This document shows, in pieces, positions 48,682 through 61,930 of a DNA stretch of 64,000 bases (positions within the stretch are counted from its first letter, which is position 1; every line of letters starts with the position of its first letter). Source of the DNA: Schmidtea polychroa. Lineage: Eukaryota. The DNA is taken from positions 42,162,001 to 42,226,000 of the forward strand of contig CM097885.1 of assembly GCA_044892525.1 (NCBI GenBank), given 5' to 3'. Under the pieces are notes generated by a model. It saw only the letters and a list, made by a program, of their open reading frames with translations, was not told the DNA's origin and searched no databases. A program made the translations under genes and the position numbers.

Positions 48682-50822
48682 GGTTTAACAAATATTGGTT
48701 TTTGGTTTTATAAATATTCAAAAAATTGGATTCTGGACGAGATTTTTTTTATTAATTTTAAATTTCAAAAATAATAAAAAATGACTAAAAACAAATAACA
48801 TAAACTTAAAAATTCATATTGAAATGTTAAAATAAAAAAATTGCCAAAAAATTCTTTCAAATTTTTCAAATTTAGTACTTTTAATTTTCAAATTTTTTTT
48901 CTTTAAGTAAAAGTTAACACTTTAAAAACTGGTTTTGCGAAATCGTGAATGAGATGATATCCCATGTCATTCAATTAATATTTCATGTCATCTATAAAAA
49001 ACTTGATAGGTATCCTTTTTTAGAATCATAGATCAAATTTCTGGCATATTGGCCATTTCACGCTAATCACAAGAGCCAGTGACATGTTTGGTACTTGATT
49101 ACTGGGAATTTTTGTATATAATCTTTCCACAAACGGTTTGGTTAGCCAAAGTGTTGAAGTCAATATTCATCTATTTATAAGTTTTTTTGTCACGCCACGA
49201 TTCTAAAAATTGCGACACGTTCCATTTTAATTTCCCGGACGCGATCCGAATTTTTTACTGCGACACATATTTCTTCAAATATTGGAAAATAGTTGATCTT
49301 GACAAAATGCAATTATATTGCAGCATTCGAATGTGCATTTCTTCAAAGTGTATAGTGAGTTACAGTAGTTCACATTTTACCTTGTCGTGCTGTTTCCAGC
49401 GTAACCCAGGATACAATGATGTGGATTTCTGGTTCAGCTGGGTCTCTAATGTTCGAACCTGGATTTTTAGGGCGCGAATTTCGGTTTTGTCTTGAGCTAA
49501 TAAATATTTAAAAGCTAATATTAATCTACTTACAAAAGTGGTAAGATTTTTGGGCGAGGAATAATGATTTTGGGTCTCTATTTATACTTATTTTTGTATT
49601 CATTCCACTATAGAAATTAATTGATTTATTTTTAAGAGCTATCCTATCTTAATTGTTATGTTATTATTGAAGTCTTATTTATATTTTGAGTATTATATAA
49701 TTATATGTTAAATTATATTATTTTTGGTCCTAATTGTGTTAATTAAAAAAAATTATTAACAAATTGATTATTATTATTAACATACTTTAACATTATTAAT
49801 GTTAAGTGTATTTGCTCCAAAAATGTGTTTAATATTATTATATTAATTAATTAAAATATTAATTATTTACCCTTGTTATTATAGTATATTTCGTAATTAA
49901 AATATTAATTATTTACCCTTGTTATAATGGTATATTTTGACAACATAATAAATAAATCCCCCAATAAGATAAAGTCACACAATAAAATAATTAATTCATA
50001 AAATAGAATTACACAATAAAATAATCGATATTAGCATTAAATTATATAAAAAATATGCTAATTAATATTTACAGTTTCATCACGAATGTTTAATAGTAAA
50101 TGTCAAATAAGTTGTTTTGATGTTGTTAGGATTGGAATGGGTTGAATTGAACTTGATTGGTTGTTCTGATCCTGCCATTCATCTTTTTCTGCATATATGT
50201 TTACGCGATATAATTTCTTCCTATCCTGTAGTATTTCGCCGGTTCGAAGTTTTCGATTTGTATTTCTATGTCATCCAACACTATAAAACATTAAATTAAT
50301 TGTAACTTAAAGAATAAATCTTATATTAACATCTTTTTACCTTCTCAGAGACAGTTTTAAAAGAAATATCTTAAATGCTATGAAAACATTAAATTTATTA
50401 CAACTTACAAAATTATTTCACTTTCTCGACAATTCAAAACAGTTCTCGGAACACCTTTTCAATAAATTGATGTAAATAATAATTTTTTAAAATTTCTACA
50501 TCGCATTTCGAATTATGAAGACTTTATCGTGTGTATGTTAGCAGCAGTTATATCCACAAAATGAGTAATTACTGTTTACAAATTATTGTCCAGATTTTTT
50601 GTCAAATTTTTAGACTAATTATTTAGAATGATTATTATGAAAGTTTTTTCAAAAAATTAAATTTCTTAATTGTTAACTATATAAATAACTATATAAAGGG
50701 CCTAAATGACACAAAATAAGAAACTTTATAATAATATACAATAGCTAACCAATAATAAATGTATGTGTTCGTCATTGACAAAAAATAATAAAATTGATCA
50801 TAAATTTTCAATGATTTTGTAA

Positions 50823-51804
50823 AAAAAATTTAATATGGTGAAAATGATTTTTTTAACAATTATTAATATTAAACGATTAAAACTCACAAATTTCATTCTT
50901 CGTTTTCTCAAAATGAAAGTGTGCTTTAAATACTAACTGCAGAAATGTTTTCCAAATTCATTTTCTTTTTCAACAGGTGCATTTTATCGATTATTTGCAT
51001 GTTTGTTTTATTATAGAAATTTCATGCGCCTTGTTTGTATGTTTTATTAATTTTTTCAACCCTATCTTATTACATTTACCAAAAGGCCTATATGACAAAA
51101 AATAAGTGCCTTAATAATATACTAGCCAATAATAATTGTGTGTGTGTGTATCATTAACAAAATTGGCATTAAATAAGGACTTTCATTATAGAAAGTTTGA
51201 AAAATGTAATGCAAGAAGAAAAATAAATTCATATCTATAATAAAACATGTATATTTGGACAATAAGTAAGGGCCGAATTTTAAATATATAAAAGGAATTA
51301 CAGATGTTTTAGAAAAAATTTAATATGGTGAAAATGATTTTTTTAACAATTATTAATATTAAACGATTAAAACTCACAAATTTCATTCTTCGTTTTCTCA
51401 AAATGAAAGTGTGCTTTAAATACTAACTGCAGAAATGTTTTCCAAATTCATTTTCTTTTTCAACAGGTGCATTTTATCGATTATTTGCATGTTTGTTTTA
51501 TTATAGAAATTTCATGCGCCTTGTTTGTATGTTTTATTAATTTTTTCAACCCTATCTTATTACATTTACCAAAAGGCCTATATGACAAAAAATAAGTGCC
51601 TTAATAATATACTAGCCAATAATAATTGTGTGTGTGTGTATCATTAACAAAATTGGCATTAAATAAGGACTTTCATTATAGAAAGTTTGAAAAATGTAAT
51701 GCAAGAAGAAAAATAAATTCATATCTATAATAAAACATGTATATTTGGACAATAAGTAAGGGCCGAATTTTAAATATATAAAAGGAATTACAGATGTTTT
51801 AGAA
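50823..51804. repeat. Tandem duplication with a 490-bp period
   Basis: TAATATGGTG at 50831 and 51321, CAGATGTTTT at 51301 and 51791. No differences noticed by eye. Confidence 0.95.
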
Positions 51805-52739
51805 GAAATTTTTTTATGTTTCCAAATCACCAATTACATGTACAAATATGTACAAAAAATTCGAAGAATTGAAAACGCATTTAGAAAATAATCAAATTTT
51901 TTTCAGTAACAAGATTGTTTAATTTTACAAATGAATATCTTATCGTTATAATAAATTAAATCCATCAGAAATTCTAAAAAAAAATTTAAAAATTCTTATT
52001 AAATCAAAAGCAAGAAAACTAATTACTAAATAACTCAAAAATTCATTATTACAAAAAAATTAAATTGAAGTCTCTTGTGAACCCAATAGAATCGCATTAC
52101 CTTCAAAGCGACCCACTAATAAAAACCAAATGGTTGCAAGTCGAAGCGACATATTCAAGCAGTCCTTTTAAAAGGTTTCTCTGATATTTAGACTACCGGA
52201 TAATTTTCTACATCCAATTTATCATTGTCTGTTTGAGAAAATAATGAAACCTAAATATTTATTAAACGAAAATAAATTTTCAATTTGTATTCAAAACAAA
52301 ACAATGTTTGGCATAAACCCACGCAACAAATTCAAATGATGTCGTTAATTAAGCCAGGCATAATTAGCATTTGGTTCAAATTGAAACGAGGAAGTTTAAC
52401 TATTTTAGAAGTTCATCATTTTGTATTGTTGTTTGTGTGTACACTTTCATTTATTTTATTTGCATTAAGATAATTTTAATAGTATTTTATTTTTAAAAAG
52501 ATTTTATGAGTATATTTATACTATTTTCGTGCTTATTTATCATTTCTCTATTCACTATTGTAGTATTTCTATTGGTGGGTTACTGGTGATCGAATATTTG
52601 TTCTTCCGTGCTGTTACCAGCGTAACCCCAAAATACAACATTATTTACCGCTTGTTACACGTTGAGTAATCAACGTTGGTACTGTATCAAGTGGGTAAGT
52701 ACTCGCAAAAAGTGAGCGCACTAACGGCACTATAATTGT

Positions 52740-54874
52740 CTGCATTCTGCAATCTATAATGTCATTAAACAACTCTTCACCACTAACATCAGTATTATAG
52801 AAGTTACTAAAATATGTGCAACTTTCTTTTAAGCCCTCAACACTCTCATTACGTAAAAGATTTTTAACATCTAATAAAAATCCAAATTTTGAATTTAAAT
52901 TGTTAATAGCTTCAAATCGACTGTTCATTTCTTGTATTAATTTGTCAATGATGCTTTTTAAAAACGATCGAGCTGTTGAATTGCCGTTAGACCACTATCA
53001 GAAGCTTTCTCTCCTATCCTTTTTTTTACTCGACGAATTCTTCTCATAATTTGACATTTTTCTTGAGCAAATTCTATAGCAGCTGCACATAACTTTTCAC
53101 GCGTTTCAATTAAAGTTTCTTTAAGTCCATCTAAATCAAGCGCTGCGTCAAAAAAATTCATTTCCGGATCTTGTAATCTTTTTTGAACTCGATCAATTTT
53201 GTTCAAAACATTATGCCAAAAATGAATCAAACCAAGAAAATTAAAATTTAAAAAATTTTGTAAAATGATTTGCGCTTCGCTTCTTGTTTCTGTTGTTTGA
53301 TTGGAGTCTTCAGAAAGTTCTTCAAGAAGATCAATGATTTCATTGAGTTGCAAAAAAATTACTTTTACAGCTTCAGATCTTGCACTCCATCTTGTGGTTG
53401 TTTCACATTTCAAAGTTAATTGTACAGCATCTTTTAATTTTTGCCATCGTAAAGTGGAACGTGAAAAAAAAGCAAATATTTTCTCAATAGAGCCAAAAAA
53501 TGTCATTACAATTGAATCAGTTGCAGCTGAATGTAGTCCAACCAGATTAAGACTATGATTGTCGCAATTTATAAATAAGGCGCGATGATTCAAATTACAA
53601 ATTCTCTATTGAAGACCAGAAACACGCCCTTTCTTAACTGCTGCGTTATCGTACCATTGAGAACGACAATTTAAGATATCTCAATTATCCAATTTTAATG
53701 AATTAATAATTGTCATTTCAAGTGTTTCAGCATCTTTTGCTTTTAATTCTATAAATCCAAGAAATGTTTCCTTAATTTCAACATTTTTATTTTCAAAATC
53801 ATTGTCGACATAACGAATTACTTTTGCTAATTGTTCACGATGTTGTAAATCAGGAGTGGAATCATAGAGCATCCCAAAATATTAATTTTTTCTAATATTG
53901 TTGAGCAAATATTTCTTCACTGTCGTTGCAAGTAATAAAATAAATTCATTTTGAATAGCTGGGGATAAATAAGATGGAGTTCCAAGATTCTTGCGACAAT
54001 TCTCTAAATGCGATGATAAAACTGAATCATATTGAGACAATAATTCAACCAGACTCAAAAAATTTCCTTTATTATGCATGTTTGCATCATTTAATGTTTC
54101 AATATGCCCTCGTAATCCTAAATTTTGAAATGCCAGATATTTAATGCACGATAAAAAGCGTTTTAATATATCTCTCCATCGATTTCGTTCTGACTGAATT
54201 TGTTGCTCTAAATTCACGTCAATTCCAACACATTCATTTAAGCTTCGTTCAGTTTCCTTCCAAATTGAAAATAACCTACGATGTACTGCACTATTTTCAT
54301 GATCTTGAACTCTTTCAGTGTCTCCAGCTGTTAAAACCATTTGGTGATGAAAATGACGATTTGCAATTGGAGTTATAAAATAATACACAGCAAAAATAAA
54401 AATCTGCTTTTTTATGAGAAAAGACAAGCCAAGTTCGATTTACTTCAGTTCCATTAGGTAAAATTCGCTTAAACCATGCAGCATTCGTCCACCACTTACA
54501 TCAAATTCAGAATTGGAATTTTGAAATAATGCTGAACCACACGATACAATTTCTTTGAAAACATTGTGAGATATGTTTTAATACGTTGGGTATATCAATA
54601 TTTTGAGACTTTGAACTTTCAATATACTCGACTATCTCAATATCTTTCACACTATTTATATCACTACCTTTTTCACTTTTCATGTCAGAATCGTTTTCAA
54701 AACTATGAGTTTCATCAATATCAAGCATTTCATCATCTGATTCATTTTGAATTGTAATAAAATTATTATTATCATTCATATTAGTCTTTTTAGTTGACTT
54801 GATTTTCTTGCCTCTTCCTCCAAAACTTTTTGTCTTTTACGACGTTGAAATCCACTGGGTTTATTTCCTGACAT
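52740..54874 (-). pseudogene. Degenerate hAT (ZMYM1-like) transposase
   Basis: MSGNKPSGFQRRKR start, QNLGLRGH, GNFLSL, YLSPAIQNE, DSTPD, CDNHSLNL, TRWSAR. Many stops and frameshifts. Confidence 0.88.
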
Positions 54875-56964
54875 TTCGCTTTGTTAAAACTTTTATTAAT
54901 TTAAACACTAATTAAAAATAAAATAATAAAAATTCTTAATAAATATTCAATTTTCACTAATAAATTTACAAATATTTAATCACACTTACAGTAATGAATT
55001 AAAAATATGATAAAAATTTACCACTTTAAGAATTTCTGCCTGGAGTAGCGCCTCGATTCGTCTCAGATTACGTTGAGCGACTTCTACTTCCACCTGCGCT
55101 CTGTCGCGGGCCTCCATCAACGTGTTGTTATGGGGTTCCGTCTTAACCCATGTTGGGACATCGAGTTCGGGCCCACTTCGGATCACCGGGCCTTAATTGT
55201 CCAAGTCCCGACCCCGGTTTCAGTCGTGGATTTTGTACCATCTATATCTGGTCCAGAGTCGAGTAATTAACTGTCGGTTTGAATCTTCATCATCGTAGCT
55301 GCTTAATTGAGATATTTCTGTTATTAGATAGGTATAATTAAAGGTAATAGCAATTTCAATTTTGTATCTAAATCCAAAACTTCGTCCTTTATAGTTTATT
55401 CGTTCAACTACGTCACAAAATACTGGGTAGGTCGGATTGTAAGCTCATAATCAAATTACAAATAAATTTAGTAATGTAGATTAAATTGTAAGTTATCTTG
55501 TAAGTTAAAGGATAACTTAGATAGTAAATTGGATGGTGGAAAAAAATTATAACCGAATTGTGAATTAATTCGTAATTAAAAGATAACTTCTACTAAATTA
55601 TAAAGTATTTAAATTTTTAACAAAAAAAAATTGTTTTACTGTCTGAATTAGTTGATTATTGCCTGTGGACATTATAATTTATCAAATTAAGTTATTTATG
55701 TGTATGGATTAAAATTTCGAACCACAAACTTTTGGTTAATGTGATTGTCAGCTCCAGGGAAAGGTTTTGTCGCGAACAGTTTTATTGACCCGAAGTTTAA
55801 GTTCCAATATCTCTTCATCGGCAAGGTCGTTCTTGAAAGCTCATTCCACGATTAACATAATTCAATTTGACTTTTTAGTTTTCAGGTAGCCAATTGGGCT
55901 GAATGGAATCCCTTTATTTTGGTGGTATTTCGATTAAATTTCTTACCCAAAAATCAATGGGTATTAACTTAAGATTCAAGTAATTCCTGAAAGATGCACT
56001 ATGAGTGACACAAGTCATTCTATCGGCAGTTGATGACACCTAGTTAGGTGTCAAGTAGATAGTACTCTTGATAACAAATCTCATCTGTTGTGATATATAA
56101 TACCAACATGAACTATCAACATGAGCATAGTTATGTCGACCACCTGGGATCAGATGACCTTCGAATGTGCTCTAGACTAATACTTCCGATCCCACCCTCA
56201 AAGGGCCAAAATGTAAAGGAAACAGAATTCTAATCTATCAATTAAAAATAAGGAGACAGTCGGCTTTTTTTACTGTGACGTTCATTCACTTATTTTATTA
56301 ATAGGTATATTTGAAGTGCTATTAATTCCTAAAGAAGTGTTGGGCCAGGAATAAGGAAATTCTTTTTCATCTTTAAATTATAATTTTCTTTATCATTTTA
56401 GTTAGGGCTAATGGTCTATTTCTTCTTAGAAAAGATTTCCAGCATTGAAAAATCAACTGAAATACTGAAATAGCAAACAAAAAGCAAGAAGTATAGTTAA
56501 ATAAAAATAACACCGAATAAAAAAAATAGATATATTCAAAAACAAAACTAAATAAAAACAAAATAAATAAAATCCAAGAAATTGCACATGTTACACATAA
56601 AAGCAGCAAAAGGAATAAAAAAGAATAAGATATTAAAATATTAAAAGTAGAATTTAAAAGCAAAAATTAAAATGACCAATTTGCACCCATACTCAATACT
56701 GATTAGATAATAGACAAACCTGAACAGTATATATAGGTCCCTTTTAGTTAAATTGTGTCTATTTTTTACTTTATAAAAGGTGAGGATTCATACAATGAAT
56801 GCCATTTTTACTTCAAAACTTCAAATCATTACCGTTTCAGAATATTCACTCTAGAACCACTAGATTTTGATTGTATTAGCCGAATCATTGTAATCTATAG
56901 TAAATTTTAATTTTTTATTTGTACTTTATGATATAACCGTGTATAAGACAACTGTAATTATATT

Positions 56965-58023
56965 TGTTGGGTTTTAGATTAATTCAAGTCGGTTCTCTCT
57001 GACTCCTAGTGTTCTTTAAATCAAAACAATGAACGACCCAACGTATATTGAAACAACAGATTCACAATTTATTATCACGCTACAATTACTGATCAAAGTT
57101 TTATACGATTCTCCGCTCGGCGTTGATGCTCTGCAAACAAATAATATTCACCTTTTAATCCTTTAGATTCTCTTGACTCTCGTTTTCCTCGGTTTCTGTT
57201 TGGTTTGATTCCTTTTCACCTTTTCGTATTCTTAATTCTATTTCTTCTTTTCCCTACTTTCCCTAATTCGTTTACCATTTTTTCCTAAGCTCTGATTCTT
57301 CGAACCCTAGCTGAGGCAAAATGCCGATTTTCTCTGATTTCCCCTTTGCTTAGAATACTCCTCGAAATCAGGATGACAAATGGTTATTGCCGAGCCAATC
57401 TTTCGTTTGACATTTTCTCCTACGTATTTGTTTCGGCTGTCACCCATAATGGTCCAACGAATCCAGATAATTAATGGCCCTACCGGTCTTCCTACGCACG
57501 CTATCTTCTACTTACTCTTTTCCCATTAATCTTTGTGTCAAGCTAATGGGCCCAAATCTTCCTTCTGTTTGCTTTTCTTCTTGTTTACCCAGCTCGGGTT
57601 TCCTTTATCTCTCGGGTTCTCCATTGGCTCGGGTTTCCCATTAGCTCGGGTTTTCCATTAGCCAATTAATTAATTAATTAACGTTTTCTGTTTTCATACA
57701 TTTGAATGTTTTTCAACCCTTCCTAACCATCTTCTGATAAATCCCTAACCATCATCTTGTTGACATTAGCTAATCTATACCTGTCCCGTTTTTCCATTCG
57801 ATTTCGATGATTTTTCCATTTATTGATTTTTCTCGGATTTCCGAATTCTTGCCTTTCATAATTGCTTTTGGCATTTTCTAATACTGTTTCCATCACACTT
57901 TCCTTTACTATTGATTCTGTGCACGATCCCGCTTTTATTTGTCTTTTTTCTTCGCTTACTTTCTATTTGAATTATTATCCTAAATTTCATTTAAATTTTA
58001 ATTTTAATTTACAGACCTCAACC
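56965..58023 (-). mobile_element. Solo LTR, same family as 10423-11481
   Basis: Reverse-complement match along its whole length, flanked by a 4-bp duplication TATT (56961-56964, 58024-58027), no adjacent PPT or PBS. Confidence 0.92.
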
Positions 58024-59157
58024 TATTTATTTAAAATTACATAATTTGATTTCATAAATTATTCTGCATTTTGCATAATTCATATTGATTCATTTGACTA
58101 TTTAATTCCAATTGTTTGATATCGTAACATGAAACTTGTATACGCCAACGATATGCATATATTCATGTATTCGCATTGGATGGTCATCAGTGGTCTTCAC
58201 ATTTTCGGTTGACTGGATCGATCTGGTCCGTCACCGACATTTTTATGTATTTTAGTAGATTTTGTGTGATTACGTTAGAGATTTGGCTTTTGAAAGAAAT
58301 AGATTTAGAACGAGGGATAATGAACCCATCGTCGGAACGAATTTTAGTCGAGAAATTAGCTTCTAATTGGAGTCACGTTACGATTGGATTCTCGTATGAT
58401 GAACTGGTTATAGAGTATTTATTTCCATCAATGAGTAGTAATAGATTTTCGGGCGTCGCAGATAGGTTTGGCACATCACCAAATTCGTTTGATCATTGTG
58501 GATAACATCGCAAAGCCATTATATTGTGAGACTTTCGTCGAAGAGCCTAGGAAATTCCAACGTCTTCATTCCTTGGAAATATAAGTAGGCCGATGTCTTC
58601 CAAATATCGCAGTTCTAGTATATGTGATTGGCGAAAGAAATTAATTAATCCATAAAAAATCGTTTTGAACGTGAGCACCGACCGGCTGACAAATCAATTC
58701 TTCATGGATAATATAGGGAATCACAATTTTCTTTTGCCAACTGTTATCGCAGGTGACTATAGATTCAAGTTGACTTGCATGATTTGGAGTACTGATAACG
58801 AATGTGAATTCACACTATACAGATAATAGTTTACCAATTTTTGTCTAGTTAACGAGTTGTGAGTAAACACATGGTAGAAAACGTCGATTTCAACGTACAT
58901 ATTTTATCATTAATCATTTGATAATAAACGGATTAATAATAATAAATTAGAATTAATTACTACCAAAACATAATTTTTCGTGAGCCATTAGAAGTACAGG
59001 TAGCAATATAAAACTCTATTTAACGAATTTACTAATGTTCATGATCTTTTCAATTTACGTGGAAGGAAAAGACTCGCACTTAGGTAAAACATAATTATTA
59101 ATTTACAAAAACACGAATATCTCTGTTATGTCGTACCCAAGTTAACTAATACTTTAA

Positions 59158-61246
59158 CCCTTTGAGGGCGACGGGCTCAAAATTTTTTATTCCTCCAAGG
59201 GTGCAATTTTGCCATAAAAATGAATTTTTCCTAAATTGATTTTTTTTGGAAAACACTTTGAATTTAGACATATTTTCATAAAATATCATTAAAATTAATA
59301 AAAAAAATTTTATTACGTAGATATATGTAATTATATTGGGCCAAATCAAAGAAAATCTGAAAATTTGAATTTATTAGAAAAAAATAACGAGAAGATTTTT
59401 TTCATATAATGTTTTATAAATTTTAAATGATTACATCAATAATATACGTAATAAAAAGATATTCCATAAGATCCTTTTATTTTCAAAATAGAAACTATCG
59501 ATCCACAAAATAATGAAAAGCATTTTTATTTTCAAAATATGGTTCATATCAATCAGTTCCTTATAAAAACTAGCAGTTACATCTCTTTTTATACATTTTC
59601 TTTGTATGGTATATTTTAAAGCACGGTTCAATACATAAAGCTGGATGACTAAGGCAATTTTCACAATAATAACTAGTTTGTTTTCTCTTGCATGGACCCT
59701 TGCCTTTCAATTTGCATTCAGATGACATAATGGAACAGACCGAACAGTTTGTTTTATGGTTACCTTCGAATTTAGCAATAAAATGACGATCCTGCAGCCT
59801 ATATAACATTGCAGGTTGTGGCAGTCTAGAAGTTTGTGCACGAAGTTCGCGAATAAGGCCATCAATTATTTGTAGTCTAAAATTTTTCTGACTTAATTTT
59901 TGTGTGGGATTTTGAATATTGTAACAAATCATTGAATTGATGAGTGAGGTTTCAATTAGGAAATGCCAAATTATTTGGTACCATTTTATCGATCGACTGT
60001 TAAAAGGGTAAGTAGAACACAGCTGGTCAAATCTATCGACGCCTCCTATGTGCTTGTTATAAGCCACTTGAATGTTTGGTTTATCTACTACCCTATCTCC
60101 CTTTTTAGATTTTACTGGAACTTTTGTAATGCCACTATCTCATACTAACATATTTACTTTTCCAGTATCCTGCCATGTGCAAGCTAATAGAGTTTTCTGC
60201 GTTGATCCAAATTGTTGGCATCTCTTCTTTCTTCTTTTTCAAAGTTTTCATTTCCAGTGGCAGTCCTTTTCGGTTGGCTCTAACAGTTCCACAAGCACCT
60301 ATTTGCTCTTTTCTAAGTTCTTCAAACAAGTTAACACTAGAATAGAAATTATCTAGATACACTAGATACCTTTATTTTCAAACCCATTTAGTAAAGATTG
60401 AACAACTTGGCTTCCTAATCTTCCAATAAACGTGTTTGAATCATCTTTACCTGTATAAACATTGAATCGCAAAAGATACTCAGTTTCAGAATCACATAGA
60501 GACCACAATTTCACACCCCGCTTAGTTGATGGTTCGCTTGGGAAATATTACTTAAAAAATAAGCGTCCTTTGAATTTTAGCATAGATTCGTCCACGCAAA
60601 TATTTTTACCTGTACACAAATCCTTAGTAAAATCTAGGATTGGCCGTATTTAATAAAGTCTCATTTTCAACATTTTCGGGTCCTGCAAAATGCAAAAATG
60701 CTCTTATTAGCTCATATTCCTCTCTAGAAAAAAATTGTAGAAAAGCCAGGGATATGAATTAAAAAATGTTCATGGGGAAAATACAAACGTATTGATGGCT
60801 TTGTTATAATGCCCATAGCCATTTCAACTGCAATAAACGCTTTTATTTCAATAGGTGTAATATTTTGCCACCTTTGGAATTTTGACCGAGGAGCTAATGG
60901 CTGCATTTTTCAAGCATAATTTTGACGTATTTATTGGTTTCATTAGAAACTTGTTCGTAAATTTCATTAGGAAAAAGTTTTTGAAACCACTGAAAAGGAC
61001 TCAATTTTTTTCCTGATCAACAAAATCCTTTACACCAACTAATTTTTCTGGATTGATTTCAAAACTGTTTACCTTCGACCAAGTGAAGTTGCAACTTGAT
61101 ATTGTTGAAGCGATAACTGGCTGTTCGTCATTGTATGCATTAGCAGAATCGTCATCAGAAAATGCTTCGTAGTCAGATTCATCTTCGGATCCAGGCGCAA
61201 AAACAAGAACAGCAATTTGACTTGTTCGCTTCCTTTTCTCACTCAT
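59158..61246 (-). mobile_element. piggyBac transposon with fragmented transposase (59570-61246)
   Basis: TTAA|CCC end at 59154-59160. Motifs CVDESM, YLDNFYSS, GTVRANR, YNKHIGGVDRFDQ and C-terminal Cys-rich domain CSVC...YYCENC...LCIEPCFKIYH. Other TIR not found. Confidence 0.9.
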
Positions 61247-61930
61247 GGTGAACTGCAACTGAAAATAATGTATAAATAAATAATTATGTAAGTACAGTAA
61301 ATAATTATATAAAGGAATAAAACTTTCTCTTCCAGCAACTAACAATATATTTAGAGGCCCAAATGAGCGAGAGAATGTTATTTGAGGCTTCGAAGAAATA
61401 TTATATATGTATATATAATACACTATGTATATATAATATATATGTATATGTGGGAAAAGATTATATAAATATATCAATAAATAAATGAATAAAAAGGCGT
61501 ATAAAGAAAAAAAGTTTCTCTTCCCAAAATTTACAATTGCAATAAATAAACGCAATTTTTTTACCTTGTTTTCTCGTTTATTTGTCTATCGAATATATAT
61601 ATGCGCTGTGCAGTATATATGCTGTAGATATAATTTTCAATAATTTGAGTTAAATATTTAAAAAAAAACAAATATAATGAAGATTTTCATGGATTCTTGA
61701 ACATAGTATTAACATATTAGCCGGTTATAATGCGAGGTCTTTCCCTAGAAATATTAAAAACAAGGGCCGCCTTATATTCGGATTTTTCGCTTGTCGGACT
61801 TTTCGCATATGATTAGACACAGAAGGACGGATCTTGAATTACAACTCTGTAAATATTCGGTAAATGTGACTTGTCTCATAATCTAGGCCGCCTTAGAATT
61901 ACGATAATGCATAATCATGATCATTTATAG

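Noticed and set aside
49388..52640. Shared ~25-bp motif GCTGTT(T/A)CCAGCGTAACCC at ~49390 and ~52610
   Set aside because: Direct orientation, short, no TSD or associated ORF. Possibly ends of unrecognised repeats.
56373..56663. Hydrophobic 96-aa ORF
   Set aside because: Artefact of A-rich low-complexity sequence read on the T-rich strand.
58100..58900. Decayed minus-strand coding-like island next to the solo LTR
   Set aside because: Multiple stops and no recognisable motif. It may be a retroelement remnant but cannot be assigned.
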